Shown: positions 1 through 12,424 of the stretch, one piece after another
Position numbering within the stretch: the stretch's first letter is position 1
Layout: the number at the start of each line of letters is the position of its first letter
Notes under the pieces: model-generated
Databases searched by the model: none
What the model saw: the letters and a program-made list of their open reading frames with translations, nothing else
Told to the model about the DNA's origin: nothing
DNA from: Spongospora subterranea f. sp. subterranea
Lineage: Eukaryota
Assembly: GCA_049724395.1 (NCBI GenBank)
Contig: JAUGWO010000112.1
Span: 248,001 to 312,000, forward strand
DNA length: 64,000 nucleotides
Reading direction: 5' to 3'
Position numbers and translations under genes: made by a program

Positions 1-159
1 TTCTAAATACACATTTCGATTCCAGAAGTAAATAATGTTTAAAAGTTCTAGTGCTGAAGTGAAAGTCAGAAGAAATACTTCGGACAGGGAGTGGCATTTT
101 TGTTTGGCAATTCAGGAATGAAGGAAAGGGCCGGCAGACTGTTCTGTATACAAAACAAA

Positions 160-1540
160 ATGGCGGATTTGGGGGTTCGTGACATGGCCACGCCCACGCC
201 CATCACTGTCACAGGAGTCCGTGCTGTTGGGTCTCTCTCATCTGAATCGTGTCCCTGGCCTTAATATCTTAAGATTAATTCGCCACATTGGGAACAATAT
301 TTGCCTGTCGGGGCACCCTTTCCTGCTGTTTAGGTGCCGCGCACCACAATGTCCATCAACGACCAATTTGTCGTTCGAAATCTGGACACAGGAGAGGTTT
401 TCAGGCCGCGTATCGAACCGGTTGAGAGTTCATCAGCATGCCCCCCTCCGTCAGCAATTGATGTCCAAGAGTTCAAGAGGCTGTTCAACACGTTTAAACT
501 TGACGAGCAACTTCTACATGGTATTTTACTTCATCAATGCTGATTCAACTAACATGTTCATTCTGTCTTTTGCCAGCGGTTAAATGCAAACTCTGGGAAT
601 CGCTTGCCTCTTTTCAGGCACAGAAGGCAAAGAAAAGACATTCTGGGGTTATATATATATCTAACAATCATTTATCATTTGCCGAAGATGCTGCTACGAC
701 GTCGAGCAAACCTGTTCGAGTAAGATTACCTGGTAACCTGTTTATTTCGTTCAAAAGTTGAATGAGTTCCTACAGATCGGAATTCCATTAACGGAAATCG
801 TTGGGCTTACATCAGAGGATTTTGGGCTAGTAGAAGGAATTGTGGTCAGCACCATGCGTGAAACAAAGGTATGAAATGTTGTTCCTGTTCCGGGAATTGG
901 CTCTCAAATCAAACTTGACCAGTTTTTTTTCGAACAATTTGTGTCGAGAAATGATTGTTTTGGTGCGATTTATCGTACGTGGAACGGCGCTCAGAAGTCA
1001 CCTGCCGATCAGCTGGCTTCAATATTTGATCCCCTAGGTGGGTTTTCCGCAGTCACATCAAACTCGATGCTGCGAAACGCCGCCATGTCTCAAATGGAAA
1101 ATCAAGCAGCCTCAGTTGCCGCAGACATGCTCAATTCTTCCAATATATCTTCCACACCTAAATCTTCAAAACTGCCCCCACCAATAAAGACCCACAGTAG
1201 CCATTCAGCCTCTATTATAAGGCCAGCTCCACCGCCGCCAACGTTTTCTACATCGCCGGTACTCTCTCATTCACCCAATCCTCCAAGACCCGCGGTGATC
1301 GTACCAGGAGCACAAACTCAAAGACAAACGAAGAAGATTGACGGACCCCCAGAACGTCACTGTAAGCTTGCCCTATGGCTTCTAGAAATGGGCTCATCAA
1401 TGGTTTACAGATATGGATTTATCTTCGGGCGATTCCTGGTTCATGACTCTCACAAAGATTTATTACTGGCTTGGAGCTCCAGCTCGGCAGCGCAATGTCA
1501 GGTCCCCGCCCGCCAGAACCCCTACCTGATAATACATTAA
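160..1540 (+). CDS. GRAM-domain protein with Pro/Ser-rich C-terminal tail (multi-exon, ends approximate)
   Basis: Spliced pieces read FKRLFNTFKLDEQLLH / CKLW...HSGVIYISNNHLSF / IPLTEIVGL / FFSNNL.SRNDCFGAIYRTW, the GRAM pattern (F..F.L.E.L..C...G.LYIS...LCF; IPL.EI; RD..F..I...W). GT-AG introns at ~521-577, 733-775, 869-922. Confidence 0.7.
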
Positions 1541-1608
1541 TTGGCACAATCAATAACTTAACTCAGTGTTGACAATTCTTGCGGAACTGGGAGGAAAAAT
1601 ATTGTTTT

Positions 1609-3599
1609 TTATAGGCTGTATTCCAAAGGTATGGCCATGCCCCTTTGCCTACGAATTTCATGCATGCTAGCAATGACAAATGATCCTGGATTCAACGCCT
1701 CAAATGAAATCATAATTGACTTCGAAGGTGGAATCAAAATTGTGTCGCGGATAGCACCTTTGGTTGTTGCGACGTCATCGAACTCTGTCACAACAAAAGT
1801 GTGTCCCTGAATCCGCATTGAAATGGCATCATGAGCTTCATTCACGAATGTGATATTGACTTGATCTCCCAGTGAGACCTTTAACGAGGTTTGGCCTTCA
1901 TCACCGTAACGAAAACCGTTGATGGTATTATCTTGACCTAAAACCATTGTTGTAACCAGTTTGTTTTTTTCTTGTGTGCAGCTTTGGCATATTGTTTCCG
2001 TGGCCTCTTTTATCAAGGGTAACCGATTAAATAGCCTTTCGTTATTCCAAGTTGAGCAATAGCTGCTTTCCACAAGGCGGGACGGAGAATTATCAGTAGA
2101 TGATGCTTTTGCATCATGTTCAGTCTCCAAAGTCATTCCTAATCAAACATTCTGTTGGGCAAGTGAACAATTTTTCTGGAAAAATAACTACCTATTTGCC
2201 TTCTTAAACCATCACCTTCTTCGATTGCTATGACGGTTATCTGAGTCCATCTGCGACTCGGTACGAATATTAAAACATCCATCCTTTGCCCGACACCGAT
2301 CCAAAGTGGTTCCAATACATCTTCTAACTCAACCGGTTCCACCCATTGTCCATCAACTGCAACGATTATTGACTTGATGTATGCATCGTCGCTAGTCACA
2401 TTTATGTGAAAATTAGTCCCACTTGCAGCGTTGAAAATTCGCAACCTGACAAGCGCATCAGGCTTGACATTAACGTAATGCATATGGCTCGAGAAATGAT
2501 TGTTAGCAAATACAGCTCCAAACAGCGTTGACCCATTGGAACTGCAAAGCACAGTGGAATATCAAAACACACACCGGTGAAGCGTATTTTGCAAATTATT
2601 GCTACCTCAATGTGTGGCTTGATGGTGGGTAGGCGCATGAACACGATTTCCAAATCGAGTCATCACTTTCGGAAACGACCGACAAAGGGCATGCGTCCTG
2701 CATGACGAAGAGAAAATCAGTAGCTCGATCGATGACTCCAACCAAATCCGAGGTGTAAATATCGCTAATATGTGGAAGGTCCCCTCCTATCAACCTGATG
2801 GGAGTTTAGGTTGCATTGAAAAGCTTTGAAGCGAAATTAGAGTCCCGACTAACATTGGTACAACCAGACCCTGTCCCCGATGGAACTGATTCGCTGACGT
2901 GAGAGTTGCTGTGCCAGCAGCTGTTTGCGTCAATAATTGATCAACTGACAACATCGGAAGAAATCTTGTATGCATAGGTGATACAATATCTCCCATTCCT
3001 AAAAGAGATTCGGTGACCAGATGTACTGGCTCGCTCTGTAATGTGTTGCCAACGGATAGCACCAGCTGCTGTTCGCTGGTGCACCGTACTGCACCGATGT
3101 TTTCACCAGGAGTCACCATCCAGGAAGGTCCAGAACCATCAACAACCATTCGTGGAATTCGACATGCCGTAACATTGGAAAGTCCCAGGTTCATGCTGAC
3201 AAGATTTTGCCTGATTTTGAGGATGGTAAACTGATCTTTGGAGATTGGTTTGTATAAAGGGGATCTATTTGTGCATACGGCCGCATGAACTGTAATACTG
3301 GAAGTATGTCATTTCCTGATGATTGTTGTTTCAAACAGAGGGATACCTTGCAGCAATGAGACCGAGCAAAAGTAGTACGGTCAGAAAAAACACCCACCAT
3401 GGCTAAAATTTTGACAATCAATATGAGCCCACCACAAAACCGATGGAAGATGGTGCACCTGATCCCATATATCATGACGATCGGGAACACCGATCAGCAA
3501 TTGATCCTCTTCCGACTCGTCCTCATCCTCGTTCTCGGCCTCGTCCCCGGATTCTTGACCTCTGTCTATCTGTTCGTATCGATGATCATTGGGCGTCAT
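1609..3599 (-). CDS. Multicopper-oxidase (cupredoxin) family protein with degenerate copper-binding motifs; probable N-terminal membrane anchor
   Basis: VRLRIFNAASGTNF, IVAVDGQWVEP, IGVGQRMDVLI, INGFRY, RDTILIPP...ISFEALNPG are laccase/Fet3-type motifs. The His motifs are replaced (see findings). Confidence 0.8.
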
Positions 3600-4220
3600 T
3601 AACCAGTTTCCGGATCATATATATATTATATGAATAACGATTTGAGGCGGATCCGTATCCAGGAAATGTAAAGTATAGGTGCAGTCAGATAAGCTATGCG
3701 GCGTGTTAATACCTAACTGCTGACTGGGCTTGTATCGTAACATCACTCAATTGGTCACAGAATGTACGTAACCCACATCAAGTAAGTACATGGACAAATC
3801 AGCAATTGTTCTAATCCCGGTTTTGTGGCTGTTGGTATTTCATAGCAGGAAAGTGGAATCAGATATCTAATCGTTTTTATCTCCATAACAACCTGGTGTT
3901 GGTTGATGGGGTCAACGAGGCGAAGAGCATCTGTGACTGTGGTTGTAGAAATTAGTGGGATAATGCTGATTAAAGAAAACTACGTCCAATGATTGCTTCG
4001 CAGAGACCTGTTGAAAGCAATAACAGGAAAGAACCCTGTTCATTTTTTAAAGAAAAACGTTTTTTCACGAATTCGAAGCGCAGTATAGGTACTCACCACG
4101 GGGCGCGGTAGTGTACATCTGAGTGAACTGTACCGTCAAAGTTGGTAAAGTGGTCTGTTCTGACGCCAAGCCAAATACAGACAAGCACTGGACTCCACCT
4201 GGCCGGCCAATGACAGTGGA

Positions 4221-5262
4221 ATGAAATCATGTGCATTATACAGGAATGGGTCTGTTTCTCTCATCCAGACAAGTCTGCGAGACTTTCTCTTGTCCTGTCC
4301 GAGAAGTCGGTTGCCTTTATAATCTAAATCGAGTTTTTCTTCTGATTTTTTTGTAAATCGAAAATAGGTTCGTATACAGTAATGAAGGCCTTCGATTATG
4401 GAAGACGAATTTTATGCTTTGACCACCATATGCGACGGTTATCGTCGTCGTTTAATTCGATGACTAATTTGCATGTGCCTTCAAATACGATTGCGCGACT
4501 GGTTAAAACAGGAATGCGTTTTGTTTTGAACGTTCATCCAGATCTTGGGCCTGAGCTCAGCGTACTAGTAGTATTGCCAATACAAGGTGATAATATCGGT
4601 TCGTATATTAATTAATATGGAATTGAACCTGCATAGACTTTCATTTTGTCGATCCGATGCCTGTCTGGATCCATTTGTCGCCCTTTCAGCCAAGGATGGT
4701 CCCATCCGTCTGCATTGATGCCATGCGTGGAACCCGTTTCGAGTTTGGAGCAACGAAAGACAGTCTATGGGCGTCGTTGCGAGAAAACCTTTCGAAGAAA
4801 AAGCGTCCTGAAGCTGATGAAGTTGTTCTTATCGACGAAAGTGATCAAGTATTAGAAGGCTTATCGAGTAATTTTTTCGTGGTTAATGAAAACGGGCGGC
4901 TGCAGACGGCTCCAATCCAATCTGGTGTGTTGGCTGGAACAATAAGGGAGCTTGTAATTCAACTATACTCGCAAACGAGTGCAAGCGTTTTAGAACAGGC
5001 GCCAGTTTGGACTGATCGCTTCTCGTGGAAAGGAGCGTTTATCACCTCGACTTCAAGATCAATACTCCCAACAAAAGATATCGCCGATTTGACCACTCCC
5101 TCTCCTCAAGTGGATTCGTCAGTATTTTTCCCGGTGATACATCCCCTCATTCAAGAATGCAAACAATTGGTCGAGAGAGAACTTGCACGAACCAGTTGCG
5201 ATATATTTGAGGAATTATCCAGTGACGACTCACAGCTGGAAAAAAACGGGACGATGGTATGA
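4221..5262 (+). CDS. Aminotransferase class IV (PLP-dependent, D-amino-acid/BCAT/ADC-lyase-like)
   Basis: FDHHMRRLSSS, ATKDSLW, EGLSSNFFVV, LQTAP...GVLAGTIRELVI, AFITSTSRSILP; two introns. Confidence 0.85.
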
Positions 5263-6380
5263 TTATTTTTCGACACCTGGAATCTCAATTTGTTCTTGAT
5301 TGGCGATGAACGACCAGTGGGTAGCTTCTACGACTGTGCAAACGCAAATCTTTCAAATTTGTGTCCAGGTTTTATTAGCTTGGAATAGGATCATCACCAA
5401 TATTGTAGAGATGTGGTACGTATAATTAAATCATCTACTCTGGATATCTTTGAATAACAACAGTCACTTGATGTGGGTGTCCATAGTAATCATGACATGC
5501 TAGACGATCTAGCAGATAAAAGAATGGTGCCCTTTCGGTCACATGTAAGGTTAACGATGATCGATTTTGGATGGACATCATTTGATAATCAGGGTGAAAG
5601 TTTTCCACTCGCTGTATCACTTGGCGCGCCAATGTTTTTCCACTTTTGAGACGAAACGCCTGTACACCGCAGAAATTTTCAAGTGTGCTTCTGCGTTGAA
5701 TGCGTGCTTGATCAATATATGGCCGCCGTTGAGGCCAAACTCAGGTTGAAGTGGTCGGAATCCCTCCCACGGCACACCCGTACCTCCTTTCAGACAGGTC
5801 GCAAATAAATTTTGGGCAGTTTTGACCAATGACACAGAACGATTGGTCATGGAATTGTCGAATTTATTTGGTTCCAGGAACCCAGCAACGTCAACAGCCA
5901 TTGAGTTTTAGGCTCCCTCACGATAGCACAGGTGCTCGATTTGTACCCTTCTGAAATGCAAATTTCACAATCTATATGTCAAACGAGAAGTCTGCTGATT
6001 ACAATCAACCTCAGTTTGTTTCTGAGGAGTATGCTGGTTGTATACGAGAATTAGGTACTCTTACTCTTAGTTCAAACAGATAATTCAATTCGAGTGCAGT
6101 GAACCGGTTATCCCTCTCGTTTCTGTCAGCAAAAACTGCATGTGAAGACAGGGATGGCAATTGATAACCGAAATTCGATCGAAAAACGTTGCACGGGACG
6201 TTGCATTTGAACCATCAAGCAATGCAACGGAAGACACCCCATGAGGCATATTGCGGGTAAAAAGTTAAATAAAATTCTTGTATTTACAATTCAGATTATA
6301 GAAGCTCGTAATCTTTGCAAGCATAGCCCAGTAGAGTCGATCAGTGATAATATCATGGAACATTTGACATGAATCAATTA

Positions 6381-7323
6381 CTAGAGTTCATATCGGATCC
6401 TTTCCATAAGACAAGTAGTCGAAAGCAGAATAACAGGATTGATATCCTGTGTTGCTTTCCGATGTAAAGCCGTAATTGCAACAATAGCAACTGAGCGGCA
6501 GCCTTCAGTTATCAAAGCATGAGTTAAACCTTGAACTAAAAGCTGTTCGAGCTCCACCATGGAAAGAGATTGGGCGCAAAAGGTCTGTTTTTCCGTTGCT
6601 AAATCCCATATAAGTTGAGTAAACTGCGAAAGGTTCGCAGAATCTGATGCACACAATCTGCCCAAAAGGTTTAGGCATCAAGATATTACATCGTTGCATG
6701 ATAAAATACCTGGCGCTAAGAAGACAAAAATTTGTGACGGACGTTGACGACATTCTGGGCATTGCAAGGATGAACTTTGACAGCGCTGACCGAACTTTTG
6801 GAGAAGAAAGTATTATAAAATCCCGAAACTCAACAAACATGAACTACATACTTAACTTGATGCTGCTCATAGTTGACGGATCCGATACGTGAATATACTC
6901 AACATTAACCGATGTCCCTACCCTTGAACGAAGGTCGTGATCGCGTAGTTGGTTGGCCGTTAATGCAGTCGTTGCAGCCTGCTTCTGGATTGGAGTGGGA
7001 GAATGGTACATTGAGGGTATCGAGAGGTCGGGCAACGGATTATCTAATTGAAACCGATCTTCCAATGATCCACAGTCGCTTCGCCGGAGACAAATCGCCT
7101 GTAAAAGGACCCCGACAGCTGATGCAGGTTTTGCTGACTGAATGCGACGAAGGAATGTCCATGATAGCGTTGGAATAAATTGAAATACAAAATCGCATAA
7201 GGCCTGGTCATCGTCGGTGAGAAGCTCGAACAACCATTTAACAATGGAGGGTGACGATTCCGTTAATATGCAGTGATTAATAGAAAAAGGTAAATCAGTA
7301 CTGGCACATACTGCAGAAGCCAT
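6381..7323 (-). CDS. Hyccin/FAM126 homologue (PI4KA complex subunit)
   Basis: FVFQFIPTLSWTFL, PDLSIPSMYHSP and ALHRKATQDINPVILL resemble FAM126 motifs (F.LQFLP.L...YL, IPSLS.PS.YH.P). Confidence 0.7.
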
Positions 7324-9313
7324 TGTCGTTCGACTGATCTCCTAGTAAAACGATTCATGAAACAGTACGTGGCGACTACCAAGAGCACCCACCATCAAGG
7401 ACTTAATTGCAGAGGATATGGCAGCATCATCATGCCTTCCCAGAGCCGTAGTTACTTTAGCAATGAACGATGTGCCTAGATCGATGGAAGCGACGGTCTC
7501 CTGGTCACCATCCCGTCCCATTCTCCCCCAGAATCACCACGTTGACTCGTCCATTGAACGCTCTTGTGAATTAAGTTCATACCGGGCAGTATGGAGGTAT
7601 AGATACAATATAGTGGACCAATGAGAACCTGTGGCCCTGTGACTGATTGGTTGCGCGCTCGCAACTGCATTCGCCAGCAAACTCCACTGTATTCTGTGCG
7701 TGAAGCGATGGGAAATCCATCATTCATCACCATCGCGTTGGATATTAGAATCAACAGATCAACTTTACAGGTTTTATATGCTGATGGCTAAACTATCGGG
7801 ACAGTCTTTGCCGCTGCAAGACTGCTGCACTATGTATATGAGTTCTCAGTAGGTCAAGCTTTTACGACGTTTCTTTGAAACAAAAAGTTGTGGAAATTGA
7901 GATGCGTCTCAATATATATATAACAAATGTACGATTAGTTCAGCAAAATCTGCGACGTACCTATAAGAAGTACAAAACTCTACTGAAAAAAGATTTTGTT
8001 TCTGAAAAAACATATGATTCTGTTACGAATCTCTAACCTGGTCTACGGTCTCATCCATCGTCGTGAACAGTTTGGCTTATCTAAAGGGGAACGATTTGGA
8101 GATTTTTTGACAAGCTCGATATCAAACCTTACACAAAGCCCACAAACAAGTGCAAATACACACAATATGCATCATACAAGCCTGAGCTGACGAAGAACAA
8201 CTGGATAGCGGGAGACAACATCCGTATTCTGAGGGCTTGTCAAACTGCAAAAACATTCAGTCATGAAATAGTCACATTAAAAAAACACCTTTAGAAAGCT
8301 GGCTGTCCTAGAAAGTATTATACATCTTTGACAACTGAGACAATGTTGCAGTCAAAATTAGTTTCTTGCAATATAACGGAGACAAATTGGGCATAGTATT
8401 TGGAATAGATGATCCTTGGGATGTATTTTCTGCATTCACTGCATATTCCCTGCCCGAACTGCATTACGACTGCTTCAGTGACTCTACTCTGTGAACGTAA
8501 CGTAACGTTCATGTGGGATCTCAATTATGCGCAGCTGCTGTTATTTTACAACGGGATTGTCTCTAACTGCATCAAAACTCGTCAGACGCCAAAACGGTGG
8601 TGTATGCATGAACCTGGCAAATTCAGTTTACATGGTCTTGATAACCAAATATTCAGTACAGCTAAATACCGGTCAACCGCTGCTATGTGCTGCCTGTTTT
8701 AAAACATTTCCCATCGATTGTAACGGACCTGTTCGAGCATCTTGTATGCTGTCGTTTTTGGAGAATGCGGTTCCTTTGGAGGAATTTGCTTTCCGTCTTT
8801 GTCAACGTTTTTACCGCCCAAGACAGACGCGCTTTATTATTAGGGCTTAGTCATAAATGTTTTGCTTCACCGGCTACCCGCCGGAGTCCGTGGCGGCAAG
8901 ATTTCCCTCTACTGTGATGCGGATCCACATGTGGCTCACACTTGAAAATGCTGATTCGCTTCACCTGCACAACAGCCTTGTCATGATGATTTTATTCTGT
9001 AAGTTCCCACGTTCAATCAATTGTATTTTGTTTTGTTACTGGGCAACGTAACCGTGATGAATTAATGAACCAGCTACTCGGATTATAATGACGAGAAGTC
9101 TCATATAGGAATCAGGCGTGGAAACCTGATTCCGATTCCTGATTTTTGCATTGACATTTTTGTGTTCTATTAATCGCATACTGTGTTTGACCAATCATGT
9201 TTTTAGGATCTTTCCCATATCGCTACATCATTCAAATCTCGATGTGAAAAAACTTCGGTAGCACAAAGTCACAATCATCATTTCTCTATGTATAATAAAA
9301 TTTGTAATCGACT

Positions 9314-11013
9314 TTATGATGTTATAATTGGGGTTTCAAAAGTGTCAGCTTCTGCTTCTGCATGAATTATGTGTAGCGATACGGGATTCAACGTGGCTTC
9401 TAGCATTCGATCATCATCACTGGAACTGGATTCTTCCTTATCAGCCGAATTAGGAGATACCGACTGGGGGGCGAACTTCTCAACTGTTGACACCGGTGAT
9501 TCACCTGCACCTTGCAAATCTAACTCGTTCGTCTTTGATGGCAAATCTACTTCGCCTTGTCTCCAGGTATCGAAAGATCCTCGATCCGCATTTTGTTCAA
9601 CCTTGTCCCAGTCTTCAACACATACATCTTGTGCTGTCGTTTGGTCGACCATCACATTTTTAGTTTCGGCGATTTCTGTGCAACTCTGTTTGTCTCGCAC
9701 GGCATCAGCCACTTCTGGATGGTGATTGACGTCTTCAAACTGTTCTACAGAGCTAATACAATGCTTGATTGAGGCAAGCCCTGATCGAAGGAAGGCTAAC
9801 ATTAGCAATCGCACATCTTTGTGATCATCAATTAATCGCAACTCTATATGAAGATACAATCAGGAATTAACACAAATTGACAGAGTCAGTTACCTGTCTC
9901 AGTGACATTAAGAATTCGCCCTCTCGTGATAGCATCAGGCCGGCCACATTCGATTAGATCCCCTTTTCTAAACTCAGTAGACCCGATGCACAAGCGACCA
10001 TTGTCAACGCGAACAAGAGGTGTGGGACGAGAAGTTTTCGGAGAATGCGCTACGAACGGTTTGTGCATACGCTTGAGATCTTGTCGAACTTCATCATCAG
10101 ATAACCTCATCTTAGCAGGATTTGGCTTCTGCTGATTTTGAACGGCCGCCGCCGATCTAGTCGATGTCGCAGCAAAAACTGGTCCAGTCCTTGACCGTTT
10201 TTTTACTGGAGATGACGGTCGTTGATCGATGCCGTTCGTATCTTGAAATCGTCGGCGATTGCGTTTAATGTTATCGATAAGCTTATTTCGTAACAACCTC
10301 AAATCCTCCTAAAAACGAGATTTGTTAACAAAAAAACACATCACATTTCATCACACCAACATTATATTGATCAACAGCTGATTTCACAGCACCATCAAAC
10401 TCGTTTTCGACGTTGGAAATGCGTTGCGTTCTCCACAGCTCGGCAGTAGCAATACGCTCTGCTTTTCGCCTCTGCATTTCTACCAGCCCTTCCTGGAGTT
10501 GGACGTGGGCCGAGCCCCGTTCTAGGGCTTCGATCTCCTTCTCAAAGGCGGCCGTTCTATCTAGGACCGCCGGGAAGAAGGGGCGCCCAGAGGAGCATGT
10601 GCTTCGTAATCTAGCTCTAGCTCCGCCTGCCTGCATCTGCTCTGATCCAAACGACCGAAACATCAATACGCAGCCGAATAGGCTATGCCAGTGCCGTTCG
10701 TACCTCTCATCAACTAGATGACTAAGGAATGAAGTTTCGGGGTGATCGATATGGTATCGATATCTGACCCTGAGTTGTATTTCACCTCCTGCTGATCACT
10801 GCCCCTGATACCGCAATGTGTGTTGAATGGACCTCACCTTTCCTGTTGAGCGCTCCACCCACACTAATATGACCGTCTGGGGATTGCGCATTTTTAGTCG
10901 ATCACTGTCATGCGTGATGCACCAATTCGGGAGGACACGGTCGGAATATTGACATTGTAGGTCAATACTTCATCACGATCGTCGTCGGGAATCGTCCGGT
11001 GGTTCCCCGTCAT
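9314..11013 (-). CDS. Sds3/BRMS1-like Sin3-HDAC subunit (multi-exon; start approximate)
   Basis: Coiled coil EIEALERGSAHVQLQEGLVEMQRRKAERI...ENEF...DQYN...LRNKLID, then LSDDEVRQDLKRM and VRVDNGRL...FRKGD, the Sds3 layout. Confidence 0.65.
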
Positions 11014-12424
11014 GGGATCATATATTCACCCAGTGCGGCTTGGGAAGAATCGTGCCCACTGAAGCGGTTTCCTAAACACAACTGGGGTGGCCGAGAAATG
11101 CAATTCGATGAATGTCTGGCTTGGGGACCCTCGCCTAATTCTTACCCTAAGATGTACTAGCACAATAATCGTGCCTTTTTGCACTTCATGAGATTCTTAT
11201 TGCCTCTTCCCATTCTTGCGTGTATGAGCACCTATAGTACGTGTATATGCGTTTTGCAAAACATCTGTTCATAATCTCGTAAATGAAACCCTTCAGCGTG
11301 ACCCTCCGAATCTTCGTCCAAAGCCTCACTTACCTTTCTAAGAGTTTCGTCTCCTGGGAAGACATGGATTTAGAATTAGCTTTTAGGCGATGGAAACAAA
11401 ATATTTGCTGTTATAGAAAATCAATCAGAAACTAGCTGTGCCACAGCTTTCCCTTACGCAATAATTTCGCTGACAAGGTTTAATCCGCTTTTCGATCATT
11501 AACCCCATGCGTTTTGTTGCCCTCGTTGATGTCTGCTGTTTATACGCCTAATGTGATATTTGAAGATATTCGTTGTCGGCATGGTTCATGTCGAATTTCT
11601 CTGCCAATGTTGTTCAAATCGCTGATTGAGCAACGTAGTCTCAAATCAACACTGACCGCGGAAAAACTGTTTGTTCTTCTTGAGCACCTTCGGAGAAGGA
11701 ATAATCCATCTCTTACCGCAAATTGCATAAACTTGCGGCCAACATGGCCTAATTACATGTTTCAAGTAATCTACATTGTAATCAATCATGAGAAAGAGAT
11801 TGCTGATAATGCATCGTTTACCTACAAACGCTGTGTTTCAATTCGAATATTGCAGCACCTTGAGAACTGACTTCAGAAAAGTGTATTACATTCGCAACAG
11901 TTTTCAAGCCGCTTTTCTCGCTGTCAATCCTGTTTTCTCAATGTGGGTTCCTATTTTCAACATGGCATCCCTCGGTAAGGATGTGGACGTGGGTAAGACT
12001 GCTGATGAGTTGAGTGATTGAATGCCAAGTTATTTCGGCAGGTGCTTGTATAAGTGCCAAACTTACTCGAACAAACAATGCAGAAGTATTTACAAAAAAC
12101 TGTACTTGAGCACTAACCTAGATCTATAACGAGGCGATTTGATTGAGAACGTTACCCGTTGCAAAAACATTTCGAGTTGTAAACCAGCGACGTCAAGCAA
12201 TTTCGTTCAATAACTGTAGATGTTTTTTTACGATAAAACGTGAGATCCTATTGAACCGGTGCCAAACTCGACTGTTGTTTAATTGCAAGAGACAACCGCC
12301 ACGAGTCTTTGAATTTTTTATGAAATTTGACTGGTCTTGAACTGGAAAGTGGCAGAAAACGGCACTCAGGCAATATTGAAGGAGCTGGAGACGATTAATA
12401 ATTAATGTCATAGATAATGCTGTA

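Noticed and set aside
3700..4070. Further possible intergenic-family relics here and at ~44300-44520 and ~57540-57730
   Set aside because: Only single vague motif resemblances, below what I can defend by eye.
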